From NCBI GenBank assembly GCA_965243355.1, contig OZ251547.1:2596479-2660478 (forward strand): DNA of 64,000 bases, in the 5' to 3' direction. The notes under the pieces are model-generated. The model was not told where the DNA came from, did not search any database, and saw only the letters and a list, made by a program, of their open reading frames with translations. The position numbers and the translations under genes are program-made. This document shows, in pieces, positions 7,217 to 16,816 of this stretch. Within the stretch, counting starts at the first letter, position 1, and every line of letters starts with the position of its first letter. The DNA is from Dehalococcoidia bacterium. GTDB taxonomy: Bacteria > Chloroflexota > Dehalococcoidia > Lucifugimonadales > JADFKI01.

Positions 7217-9373
7217 ATGAAAAGGTCAGCGTTGCTACTCGCAGCGGTGTTCGCGCTCGCCGCAGTCTTTGCGGCAGCCTGCGGCTCTCAGCCCGCCGCC
7301 GAACCTGAAGTCATCACCGTCGTGGAGACGGTCGTGGTGACCGAAGAAGTGGTTAAAGAAGTCGAAGTCGAAAAAGTGGTGGAGAAAGAAGTGGAAGTGG
7401 AGGTGGTGAAAGAGGTAGAGGTGGAGGTGGAGAAAGAAGTCGTCAAGGTGGAGCGCATCGAAGTTCCCGTTGACAGGGTGGTCGAGGTGGAGAAGATCGT
7501 TGAGAAAGAGGTGGTCATCACCAACTTCAACGAATCCCCCGACCTGGCGGCCGAAGTAGCCGCCGGCAACCTGCCGCCCGTCTATGAGCGCCTGCCCTCG
7601 CAGCCGATGATAATCCCGCCCATTGGCGACATCGGCCAGTACGGCGGCGAAGTGCGCCGGTTCTACCTAGGCCCAGCGGACGGCTGCAACTTCTTCCGCC
7701 TGTCCCGCGCGTCCCTAGTGCGCTTTTCCCAGAACGGCCTGTCGTTCATTCCCTCCGTCGCCAGGGGCTGGGAAGTCTCCGACGACGGGATGGAGTGGAC
7801 ATTCTTCCTGCGCGAGGGCATGAAGTGGTCGGACGGCAACGATTTCAACGCCGACGACTTTATCTGGCAGTACGAAAATGTCATCCTCAACGAAGACCTC
7901 AACCCCAACCCGCCTTTCTTCTTGAAGATTGGCGCTAAGGTCGGATCCATATCCAAAGTGGACGACACCACCGTCCGGTTCAGTTTCCCCGTGCCGAACT
8001 TCCTGTTCCTGGAGATAGTGGCGCAGGCGGACGAGGCATGCTACGGCTCTACCCGCAATGTGCCTTACGCGCCCTCCCACTACATGCAGCAGTTCCACCC
8101 GGACTTCAACCCGGACGTGGTCGCTGAGGCCGAGGCTGAGGGTTTCCCCAGCTGGACGGCGTACTACGACGCGCAGACGCAGTACAACCTGAACCCCGAC
8201 AAGCCCACCCTAGCGCCGTGGCGGTTCACAAACCCGCTCGGCGACCAGGTTGTCAACACCGAGCGCAACCCGTATTTCTGGGCGGTTGACCCGGCGGGCA
8301 ACCAGCTCCCCTACCTGGACGGCATCCAACTGACGCTGGTTGAAAACACCGAGCTCGGCTCCATTCGCGCCATTCAGGGCGAGATTGATATGCAGGGCAG
8401 GCACATCCAGCTCGACCAGTTCACCACGCTCAAGGACGGCGAGGGCGCGGGCGGCTACACCGTCAAGACTTGGCCCACATTCGCCGGCTCCGACATAGCG
8501 TTCTTCTTCAATATGAGCCTGCCGGGTCCCACCGGCGGCGCGATACGCACCAAAGAGTTCCGCCAGGCGCTCTCGCTGGCGATTGACCGCCCGTCAATAC
8601 AGCAGAGCCAGTTCCTGGGGCTTGGGCAGATACGCCAGGGCGTTCCCTCGCCCGCGCATCCGCACTATCCGGGCGACGACATCGCCCAGTTGCGGACCGA
8701 GTACGACCCCGACGCGGCAAGGGCGATGCTTGACGCGCTGCCCGCGCCTTTCGGCATGGACGACTCCAGCGACTGCGACGGCGGGCCCTGCCGCACATAC
8801 GACGGCGAGCGCATTGACATGACCATCACGGTCACCGACGCATTCGGCACATGGCCGGACGCCGCGCTAGTGGTTGGGCGCGCGTGGGACGCGGTGGGCG
8901 TCAAGGCTACCGTCAACCAGACCTCGCGCACGGTTCACTTCAACCGCTGGCAGACCAACGAATGGGCGGTTATGGTCTGGAACGAAGACACCGCCGGCTT
9001 TACATTCAGCTCCATCAGCAAGCGCGCGCCTGAGGGCATAGGCACATTCCACGGGCCCGGCTGCGCCGCGTGGCTGATAGACACCGAAAACCCGATAGCC
9101 TTCGAATGCCCGCAGGAATCCCTGGACCTGCTTGAAATGCACAAGCGCGGCCCCGGCTTGCCTGAGGCTGAGCGCAACGCGCTGGGCAAGGAAATCTACA
9201 AGACAATCGTGGAAAACCAGTACAACATCGGCATCGTCGGCCTATCCCCGATGGTTCAGGGCGTCATCGTGGTCAACAACGACCTGAAGAACGTCCCCGA
9301 CACGGCCGGCAACGACTGGCCGCTCCGCACCCCCAACACCGGGTTCCCGGAGCAGTGGTACTACGACAGGTAA
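7217..9373 (+). CDS. ABC transporter substrate-binding lipoprotein, family 5 (peptide/nickel, DppA/OppA-like)
   Basis: Start at ATG 7217 (MKRSALLLAAVFALAAVFAACGS, with lipobox). A long V/E/K linker is followed by a family-5 SBP body. Two permease and two ATPase genes lie immediately downstream. Confidence 0.85.
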   Translation: MKRSALLLAAVFALAAVFAAACGSQPAAEPEVITVVETVVVTEEVVKEVEVEKVVEKEVEVEVVKEVEVEVEKEVVKVERIEVPVDRVVEVEKIVEKEVVITNFNESPDLAAEVAAGNLPPVYERLPSQPMIIPPIGDIGQYGGEVRRFYLGPADGCNFFRLSRASLVRFSQNGLSFIPSVARGWEVSDDGMEWTFFLREGMKWSDGNDFNADDFIWQYENVILNEDLNPNPPFFLKIGAKVGSISKVDDTTVRFSFPVPNFLFLEIVAQADEACYGSTRNVPYAPSHYMQQFHPDFNPDVVAEAEAEGFPSWTAYYDAQTQYNLNPDKPTLAPWRFTNPLGDQVVNTERNPYFWAVDPAGNQLPYLDGIQLTLVENTELGSIRAIQGEIDMQGRHIQLDQFTTLKDGEGAGGYTVKTWPTFAGSDIAFFFNMSLPGPTGGAIRTKEFRQALSLAIDRPSIQQSQFLGLGQIRQGVPSPAHPHYPGDDIAQLRTEYDPDAARAMLDALPAPFGMDDSSDCDGGPCRTYDGERIDMTITVTDAFGTWPDAALVVGRAWDAVGVKATVNQTSRTVHFNRWQTNEWAVMVWNEDTAGFTFSSISKRAPEGIGTFHGPGCAAWLIDTENPIAFECPQESLDLLEMHKRGPGLPEAERNALGKEIYKTIVENQYNIGIVGLSPMVQGVIVVNNDLKNVPDTAGNDWPLRTPNTGFPEQWYYDR
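7301..7522 (+). repeat. Purine-rich coding low-complexity repeat (V/E/K linker)
   Basis: 74 aa made almost only of V, E and K: VVKEVEVEKVVEKEVEVEVVKEVEVEVEKEVVKVERIEV... Confidence 0.9.
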
Positions 9374-9573
9374 AACCTAATCGGTCAGCCCGCCATATCT
9401 AGGCGCATCCTAGCGGCGGGCTGACCACATCTACATCTACCCTTAACGCAACTATCCGAACACGCAAATAGGGCAGGCGGCGGGAAACGGCAATGTTGCC
9501 ATAATCCTAGCCTGCCCCTAGCGACATCCAAAGCCCAAAACCCCCTGAACACAAGGGTTCCCGGTGAGCGCAT

Positions 9574-10560
9574 ATGCTCCAGTTCATCATAAGACGGCTG
9601 CTCATATTCATCCCAATGATGGCGCTTATGTCGGTGGTGGCGTTTGCCATCATCCAGGCGCCGCCGGGCGACTTCCTGTCCGACCTGATAGCGCAGCTGC
9701 AGGCTACCGGCGAACTCGCCGACGAGAGCGAAGTTGAGGCGCTGCGTACTCAGTACGGGCTGGATCAGCCCGTCTATGTGCAATACCTCAAATGGGTGTG
9801 GGGCGTCGTCCGCTGGGATCTGGGCATATCGCTTGAATGGCGCAGGCCCGTAGTGGATCTTGTCAACGAGCGGTTAGCGATGACCGTGGTGTTAGGCTTG
9901 TCCACAATCATATTCACATGGACGCTCGCCGTCCCCATAGGCATCCTGTCCGCCGTCAAGAAGTACAGCGCGATAGACTACTTCTTCACATTCCTGTCAT
10001 ATCTAGGCGTGGGAACGCCCAACTTTATGATAGCCCTTGTGGTGATGTGGTTCGCGTTCACCTGGTTTGACATCAGGGTAACCGGGCTGTTCTCCGAAGA
10101 GTATATCGCCGCGCCATGGAGCGGCGGCAAGATAGTGGATATGCTGTCCAACCTATGGGTGCCGATGCTGATACTCGGCTTGGACGGCACGGCGCGCTTT
10201 ACGCGCATTGTGCGCGCCAACCTGCTTGACGAAATGAGCAAGCCCTATGTGGAAACCGCGCGCGCCAAGGGCTTGCCCGAATGGAAAGTCGTGCTGAAAT
10301 ACCCCGTCCGCATCGCGCTAAACCCATTCGTCAGCACGGCGGGCTTGGAACTCCCCCGCCTCATATCCGGCCAGCTCATAGTGGCGACCGTTATGAGCCT
10401 GCCCACGATAGGGCCGCTGCTGCTGCGCGCGCTGCTGTCCCAAGATATGTTTATGGCGGGATCAATCGTGCTTATCCTAACCACGCTCACGCTAATCGGC
10501 GTGCTAATATCGGACATCATCCTAGCGATGATGGATCCGCGCATCCGGATTGGAGCGTAG
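9574..10560 (+). CDS. ABC transporter permease (DppB/OppB-like)
   Basis: MLQFIIRRLL N-terminus, multiple TM segments, and an EAA-type loop (YVETARAKGL). Confidence 0.85.
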   Translation: MLQFIIRRLLIFIPMMALMSVVAFAIIQAPPGDFLSDLIAQLQATGELADESEVEALRTQYGLDQPVYVQYLKWVWGVVRWDLGISLEWRRPVVDLVNERLAMTVVLGLSTIIFTWTLAVPIGILSAVKKYSAIDYFFTFLSYLGVGTPNFMIALVVMWFAFTWFDIRVTGLFSEEYIAAPWSGGKIVDMLSNLWVPMLILGLDGTARFTRIVRANLLDEMSKPYVETARAKGLPEWKVVLKYPVRIALNPFVSTAGLELPRLISGQLIVATVMSLPTIGPLLLRALLSQDMFMAGSIVLILTTLTLIGVLISDIILAMMDPRIRIGA

Positions 10561-10563
10561 CCA

Positions 10564-11712
10564 ATGGCTACCAGAACCGAATCGCTGCCCATACAGCGCC
10601 CGTCCGAAGACGAGCAGATATACATCGCCTCGCAGTGGAAACTGATCTGGTGGCGCTTTATCCGCCATCGCGTAGCCGTCGTATCCGCCATTGTGGTGCT
10701 GTGTTTCTATGTCATAGCGCTGTTCCCCGAATTCTTCGCCATACACGACCCGCGCGCCGAATTCGCCCAGCGCACATTCATTCCCCCGCAGCGCGTACAC
10801 TTCTTCGACGGCTTTGCGCCCCAACTGCCCTACGTCCATGGGCTAAAAGGCGAGCGCAATCCCGTCAACCTCGGCATGGAGTGGCAAACCGACGAAGAGA
10901 CGCGCCACACCATCCAGTACTTCGTGCGCGGCCACGAATACGAACTATTCGGGCTGATACGCACTGATTGGCATCTGCTGGGCTTGGATGTTGACACCAG
11001 CGCCGCGCCGCAGCCGTTCTACCCGCTCGGCACAGACCGGATGGGCAGGGATATGTTCTCGCGCCTGATGTACGCAACGCGCGTGTCAATGTCCATAGGC
11101 TTGGTGGGCGTTGCGCTAAACATATTCTTGGGATCGATGCTTGGGGGGCTGTCCGGGCTGCGCGGCGGCGCTACCGACGCGGTGATACAGCGCATCATAG
11201 AGTTCGTGCGCGCCATCCCCACTATACCGCTGTGGCTGGCGCTGTCCGCCGCCGTGCCGCGCGACTGGTCTATCCTGCGCGTCTATTTCGCCATAACCAT
11301 AATCATCTCGCTGATAGAATGGACGCGCCTGGCGCGCGAAGTGCGCGGGCGCTTTCTGGCTATGCGCGAAGAAGACTTCGTGCTGGCGGCGCGGCTCTAC
11401 GGCACAAACGAAATACGCATCGTATTCCGCCATATGCTGCCCTCGTTCCTAAGCCACATAATCGCCGCCACCACGTTGGCTATCCCCGGCATCATCATCG
11501 CCGAAACATCGCTCAGTTTCCTGGGGCTTGGCTTGCGCGAACCCGCGATAAGCTGGGGCGTGCTGCTCTTTGAGGCGCAAACGCTGCAAGCGGTGGCGGA
11601 GGCGTCCTGGCTGCTAATCCCCGGCGTATTCGTGCTGATAGCCGTTATGGCGTTCAACTTCATGGGCGACGGCCTCCGCGACGCCGCCGACCCCTACGCC
11701 GTCAGGACTTAG
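10564..11712 (+). CDS. ABC transporter permease (DppC/OppC-like)
   Basis: Has the PLGTDRMGRDMFSRL motif typical of OppC/DppC N-terminal regions, with TM segments. Lies 3 nt after the previous gene. Confidence 0.85.
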   Translation: MATRTESLPIQRPSEDEQIYIASQWKLIWWRFIRHRVAVVSAIVVLCFYVIALFPEFFAIHDPRAEFAQRTFIPPQRVHFFDGFAPQLPYVHGLKGERNPVNLGMEWQTDEETRHTIQYFVRGHEYELFGLIRTDWHLLGLDVDTSAAPQPFYPLGTDRMGRDMFSRLMYATRVSMSIGLVGVALNIFLGSMLGGLSGLRGGATDAVIQRIIEFVRAIPTIPLWLALSAAVPRDWSILRVYFAITIIISLIEWTRLAREVRGRFLAMREEDFVLAARLYGTNEIRIVFRHMLPSFLSHIIAATTLAIPGIIIAETSLSFLGLGLREPAISWGVLLFEAQTLQAVAEASWLLIPGVFVLIAVMAFNFMGDGLRDAADPYAVRT

Positions 11713-11753
11713 CCGGCATAACCTAGACAAACGCAAGCGCGGCGCGGCAATCG

Positions 11754-12902
11754 GTGAACAACCGAAAACCCGCCGCCTGCAATACCGCAAATACCCAACA
11801 AACCTATAAGGTGAACCCCTTGCAGGCGAACAACTCAACGCTGCTGGACATAAAGAACCTGAAAACCTACTTCTACCTGGACGAGGGCGAAGTGCGGGCG
11901 GTGGACGATGTGAACCTGCGTATAGAGCGCGGCAAAGTGCTTGGCGTGGTGGGCGAGAGCGGCTGCGGCAAGAGCGTCCTGGCGCGCTCCATTATGCGTA
12001 TCGTGCGCCCGCCGGGCCGAACCGTCGACGGCGAACTCATCTACCATCGCCAAGCCCCGGACGGCGGCGAGTGGGAAACGCTAGACCTGCAGTCGCTGCC
12101 CCAAGACGGCGCCGAAATGCGGCGCATCCGCGGCTCCGACATCACGATGGTGTTCCAAGAGCCTATGGTCTCGTTCAGCCCCGTCCACACCATCGGCGAC
12201 CAAATCGTTGAGGGCATCCTGCTGCATCAAGACGTGGACAGGGACGGCGCGCGCGCGATAGCCGCCGATATGCTGGGCAAAGTGGGCATACCCGACCCGG
12301 ATACGCGCGTGGACGCCTACCCGTTCAACCTGAGCGGCGGCATGCGCCAGCGCGCTATGATCGCAATGGCGCTGTCCTGCAATCCCACCCTGCTCATAGC
12401 CGACGAGCCGACCACAGCCCTGGACGTCACCACCCAGGCGCAGATCCTGGAGCTTATGGCGCAGCTGCAGCGCGAACTCGGCATGGCGATGATGCTCATC
12501 ACCCACAACCTCGGCGTGGTCGCGCAGATGGCTGAAGAGATAATCGTGATGTATCTCGGCAAAATCGTAGAGCGCGCCGATACCGCCAAGCTTTTCAGCG
12601 AACCCAAGCATCCCTACACTCAGGAACTGCTCAAGTCCATACCGCAGTTGCGCCGCCGCCGCCAAACCGAGCGCCTAACCGCCATCAGCGGCACTGTGCC
12701 GCCCCCGTTCATCCGGCCGCCCGGCTGCCCATTCCACCCGCGCTGCCCCCAGGCTATGCCCGGCGTCTGCGACGTGATCGAGCCGCCCCAAATCAACATA
12801 GACGGCGAACACACCGTCCGCTGCCTGCTCTACGACGACGAAACCGTCAACGCCGCGCGGCAGCAAGCGCAAGCCCAGCCATCCGCCGCGGCGAGCGATT
12901 AG
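11754..12902 (+). CDS. ABC transporter ATP-binding protein (DppD/OppD-like)
   Basis: Walker A GESGCGKS, signature [12 protein letters not shown], Walker [13 protein letters not shown], and the oligopeptide C-terminal motif PKHPYT. The start is uncertain: GTG 11811 or TTG 11820 sit closer to an AAGGTGA RBS. Confidence 0.85.
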   Translation: MNNRKPAACNTANTQQTYKVNPLQANNSTLLDIKNLKTYFYLDEGEVRAVDDVNLRIERGKVLGVVGESGCGKSVLARSIMRIVRPPGRTVDGELIYHRQAPDGGEWETLDLQSLPQDGAEMRRIRGSDITMVFQEPMVSFSPVHTIGDQIVEGILLHQDVDRDGARAIAADMLGKVGIPDPDTRVDAYPFNLSGGMRQRAMIAMALSCNPTLLIADEPTTALDVTTQAQILELMAQLQRELGMAMMLITHNLGVVAQMAEEIIVMYLGKIVERADTAKLFSEPKHPYTQELLKSIPQLRRRRQTERLTAISGTVPPPFIRPPGCPFHPRCPQAMPGVCDVIEPPQINIDGEHTVRCLLYDDETVNAARQQAQAQPSAAASD

Positions 12903-12975
12903 CCGCCCGATGCGCCCTATACCCAATCCCTATTCACCCGCGTAATCTTACCCGCATACTCAACGGGGTTTCACG

Positions 12976-13998
12976 ATGCAAGCAAACGGCAGCGAAAAGA
13001 TACTGGATGTGGACGGGCTGAAAGTCTATTTCCCCATCTATTCGGGAATGTGGCGGCGCGCGTCCGGCTTTGTCAAGGCGGTTGACGACATCAGCTTTGA
13101 GCTCTCCGCCGGCGAGACGTTCGGGCTTGTGGGCGAGAGCGGCTGCGGCAAGACCACGACCGGCCGCGCTGTCTTGCGCGCGATAGAACCCACCGGCGGC
13201 AACGTGGCCTTTCGGATGAGCAACGGCGAGCAGGTTGACATAGCCGCCGCCGACCGCGAAACGCTGCGCCTGCTGCGCCAAGAGATGCAGCTCATATTCC
13301 AAGACCCATTCGCATCGCTAAACCCGCGCATGACCGTCTTTGACGTCGTAGCCGACCCGCTGCGCGTGAACCGCATCGCCAGGGGCCAGGAATTGGAAGA
13401 CCGCGTAGCCCAGATGCTGATGCGCGTGGGCTTGTCGGTGGACTACGCGCGCCGCTACCCGCACGCATTCAGCGGCGGCCAGCGCCAGCGCATCGGCATA
13501 GCGCGAGCGCTCGTCGTCAACCCGCGCCTGGTAATCGCCGACGAACCCGTATCGGCGCTTGACGTCTCAGTGCAGGCGCAGATCCTCAACCTAATGCAGG
13601 ACTTGCAGGAAGAGCTGCGGCTCACCTACCTATTCATCAGCCACGACCTCAGCGTAGTGCAGTACATCTGCCACCGCGTAGCCGTGATGTATGTGGGCAA
13701 AATCGTGGAAGTGGCGTCAACCGAAGACCTATTCACGCAGCCGCGCCACCCGTACACGCAGGCGCTGCTGTCGTCAGTCCCCGTCCCCAATCCCGAGATC
13801 CAGTCGCGCGGCATGGTCTTGGAGGGCGAGGTCGCCGACCCCGCCAATCCGCCGCCCGGTTGCTACTTCCACCCGCGCTGCCCATTCGCCAAAGACATCT
13901 GCCGCGAACAAGAGCCGCCCCTGGTAGAAGTATCCCCCGGCCGCTACGCCAGCTGCCACTTCGCGGATGAGATAGAACTGCCTGGGGTGCCGGGCTAG
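12976..13998 (+). CDS. ABC transporter ATP-binding protein (DppF/OppF-like)
   Basis: Walker A GESGCGKTT, signature FSGGQRQRIGIARAL, Walker B VIADEPVSALD, and PRHPYT. Confidence 0.85.
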   Translation: MQANGSEKILDVDGLKVYFPIYSGMWRRASGFVKAVDDISFELSAGETFGLVGESGCGKTTTGRAVLRAIEPTGGNVAFRMSNGEQVDIAAADRETLRLLRQEMQLIFQDPFASLNPRMTVFDVVADPLRVNRIARGQELEDRVAQMLMRVGLSVDYARRYPHAFSGGQRQRIGIARALVVNPRLVIADEPVSALDVSVQAQILNLMQDLQEELRLTYLFISHDLSVVQYICHRVAVMYVGKIVEVASTEDLFTQPRHPYTQALLSSVPVPNPEIQSRGMVLEGEVADPANPPPGCYFHPRCPFAKDICREQEPPLVEVSPGRYASCHFADEIELPGVPG

Positions 13999-14271
13999 AC
14001 TGCCCTAAGCGCGCCAGTTCCTCGCCGCCGCTTTATCGCTCTATCAATTAGCGATACATCCCCGCTATGCGCCGCATACGCGCTAATCATCCGCCGACGT
14101 GCGCCGTGTTCACTGCCGCATACCGCTTGGGGGATTTTAAGGTCGGGTTGTCAGGTTGGCGCGCGTTGAAAATGGAATTGGGATTGTCCCTGAGCGGGCG
14201 GTAGCCTTGAACGAAAGCGGCTTGTTCGCTACTATACTGACACAATATCATAGCAATAAGGAGGGGACAGA

Positions 14272-14628
14272 ATGGCGACGGTAGCGTTTCATACAGACAC
14301 AAGCCGGATGATGATGGAGCAGGCGGCGCCTGAGCTTGCCAAAGGCGATAGCCTACAAGCGTCTGAGAAGGGATGGGGGGCGGCGTCGCATGCGGTTAAG
14401 GCGATTGCGGAGGCGCGCGGGTGGCGGCACAACACCCATCGCGATCTGTTCGGCGTCGCGCGTCGGTTGGCGAATGAAACGGAGCAGCCAGAGATACTGG
14501 ATATCTTCAACACGGCAAGCGCGTTGCATACCAACTTCTATGAGGGTTGGCTGGATGATGATGTAATAGCGCAAAACTTGACGAGAGTTCGCAGGCTACT
14601 GGCTATGCTGGATGAACTGCCGCGCTAG
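14272..14628 (+). CDS. PaREP1-like (HEPN-superfamily-like) small helical protein, copy 1
   Basis: 118 aa with an AAGGAGG RBS. The pattern KGDSLQASEKGWGAASHAVKAIAEARGW.H...LF...RRLA......L...FNTA.ALHTNFYEGW matches my recollection of the PaREP1 family. Tentative. Confidence 0.45.
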   Translation: MATVAFHTDTSRMMMEQAAPELAKGDSLQASEKGWGAASHAVKAIAEARGWRHNTHRDLFGVARRLANETEQPEILDIFNTASALHTNFYEGWLDDDVIAQNLTRVRRLLAMLDELPR

Positions 14629-14671
14629 GGTTGGCGCAACTATGCTGACGCGGCAATAAAAGAGGGCTAAA

Positions 14672-15028
14672 ATGGCGACAGTACCCTTTCACGCGGACAC
14701 AAGCCGGCGGTTGATGCGACAAGCGGCGGCCTATCTTGCCAAAGGGGACGGCTTGCAAGCGTCTGACAAGGGCTGGAGCGCGGCGGCTCACGCTGTCAAG
14801 GCGATCGCCGAGGCGCGCGGTTGGCGGCATGCGGACATCGCCGACCTGTTTAAGGTTGCGCTCAGATTAGCCGACGAAATGGAGCAGCCTGATCTATTTG
14901 TTCTCTTCAACACGGCAATCGCGCTGCATACCAACTTCTATGAGGGATGGTTCGACGATGAGGTAATAGCGCATAGCTTGGCGAGCGTCCGCAGGCTGCT
15001 TGATATGCTGGATGAGGCGCCGCGCTAA
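14672..15028 (+). CDS. PaREP1-like small helical protein, copy 2 (tandem paralog)
   Basis: 118 aa, colinear with copy 1 (MATV.FH.DTSR...KGD.LQAS.KGW.AA.HAVKAIAEARGWRH...LHTNFYEGW.DD.VIA). Confidence 0.45.
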   Translation: MATVPFHADTSRRLMRQAAAYLAKGDGLQASDKGWSAAAHAVKAIAEARGWRHADIADLFKVALRLADEMEQPDLFVLFNTAIALHTNFYEGWFDDEVIAHSLASVRRLLDMLDEAPR

Positions 15029-15087
15029 CGCCGCCATCCCGCTAACGCCCCGTGAAACTAGCCCGCGCTAATCCCATTTTCAACCCC

Positions 15088-16461
15088 CTAATCCCCACCT
15101 CCCGCCGCCGCGCCTCCCACCGCCGCCCCCGGCCTCGCATCCTCCGGCAGCGTCGCCTCCCAATCGTCTATTATCACCCGCGAGGTCGGCTCCAGCATCA
15201 TCGTTACCACCGCGCCGCCCACGCTCATCGCCACCGACAGCGCGATTACCGGATTGTATGAACCCGTCAGGTCGACCATCCAGCCCGCTACCCAGCTCAC
15301 GAATGCGTGGCCCAGCAGCGCCCCCGACATCTGCCAGCCATATACCCCGCCCATAGGCCCATTGCCGAAATACTGCCGGTTGATGACCAGATACCCCGTC
15401 CATTCGCCGCCGAACCCGATGCCGAACAGCGCCGCGAACAGGTAAAACTCCCACGCGCTCTGCGCGAAAAACAGGTATATGACCGTCAAGCCCTGTATCA
15501 TCAGGCAGGTCGCCATTATCGTCTTTGTGCCGTAGCGCTCCGCCAGTATCGGCGTCAGAAAGCGGCTTGGGATGCTCACCAGCGATATGATGGTGAGTAT
15601 CCACGCGCCGTTCACCAGCGTCATGCCCTGGTTGACCGCGATTGACACCACGAACACAAGCACAATGCCATGCCCCGCGCAGCCAAGCCCGTGTATCGCG
15701 GGCAGATTCCAGAACGCCTTTGTGCGCCGCACATGCTTGTTGAATACCTTCGTCCGCAACTTCGCCATATCAACCGACACGGCGCTCCGCGTTTCTTCCC
15801 CGCGCCGCGCGCCGTAGGGCAGTATCCCCATATCCGCGGGCGCGCTGCGGAAGAATATGGCGAGCAGCAATATGAGCGCGCCCGCTATCGCGCCAATGCC
15901 CATAAACGTGGCTTGCCAGCCGACATCCTGCACAAGGCTGCCCAGCAGCGGCGACATCACGCCCGGCCCAATGCCCGACGCCGCCCAAAGTATGCCCGTC
16001 CCAAGCCCAAGCCTGCGCCTGAACCATGTTGACACCGCCGCCATAAGCGGCACCATAAAGATAGCCTGCACCATCCCGCGCAATATGCCGAATGACACAA
16101 ACAGATGCCAAGGCGCGCTGATGAACGCCACCAGTACCAGCACGCAGCCGTAAGATACCGCGCCCAGCAGCATCATATTGCGCGCGCCGTATCTATCGCC
16201 CAGCCAGCCCGCCACCGGCGCGAACAGCGCCGCGACGAGATAATACAGCCCCAGCGAGCCGCCTATGTCCGCGAAACTAAACCCGAACTCCCCCTCGCCG
16301 TCCGCCAGCGGCTCCACCAGCACGCCGCCCGCGAAATTGATCGACAGCGCCACCATCTGAACCAGCGCCAGTATCCCCACTATCACCCAGGCATAGTGAA
16401 ACCCCGCGTTGTTCAGCATCCGCGAGGGCGCGTTGACAATGTTCAGCATATCGGCAATCAA
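15088..16461 (-). CDS. MFS transporter
   Basis: 457 aa with about 12 predicted TM helices and a GD/RxGxR-type loop (GWLGDRYGARN). Confidence 0.75.
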   Translation of the reverse strand: MIADMLNIVNAPSRMLNNAGFHYAWVIVGILALVQMVALSINFAGGVLVEPLADGEGEFGFSFADIGGSLGLYYLVAALFAPVAGWLGDRYGARNMMLLGAVSYGCVLVLVAFISAPWHLFVSFGILRGMVQAIFMVPLMAAVSTWFRRRLGLGTGILWAASGIGPGVMSPLLGSLVQDVGWQATFMGIGAIAGALILLLAIFFRSAPADMGILPYGARRGEETRSAVSVDMAKLRTKVFNKHVRRTKAFWNLPAIHGLGCAGHGIVLVFVVSIAVNQGMTLVNGAWILTIISLVSIPSRFLTPILAERYGTKTIMATCLMIQGLTVIYLFFAQSAWEFYLFAALFGIGFGGEWTGYLVINRQYFGNGPMGGVYGWQMSGALLGHAFVSWVAGWMVDLTGSYNPVIALSVAMSVGGAVVTMMLEPTSRVIIDDWEATLPEDARPGAAVGGAAAGGGD

Positions 16462-16816
16462 ACTCCCATGCGCGGCTATGGATGGCTATGGCTTTGCGTT
16501 ATCTTTGGTTTTGCGTTATCTTTTCGGCGATCCGCGCCGCGAAATAGGATAACATATTTGCGCCGGCCATTCTCAGTTGAAAGCCACAAAATCTTGGATT
16601 GGCTATCTCGCATCTACATTGCCGCCGTATCTATCTATCCCCCGCGCTGCGCCCTAAGATTGCGCCGACGTTCACGAACTAGCCATCAATCCCACTTGGA
16701 TTTAGCCGTTGCGCCCGCGTATCATAAGCCTACAATCTGAGCAAAACGCGGGGTGAAATCGGTATGGCGACAACCTTTCAAGAAATAAAAGCGGCATATC
16801 AACAACCTTTCAAGAT

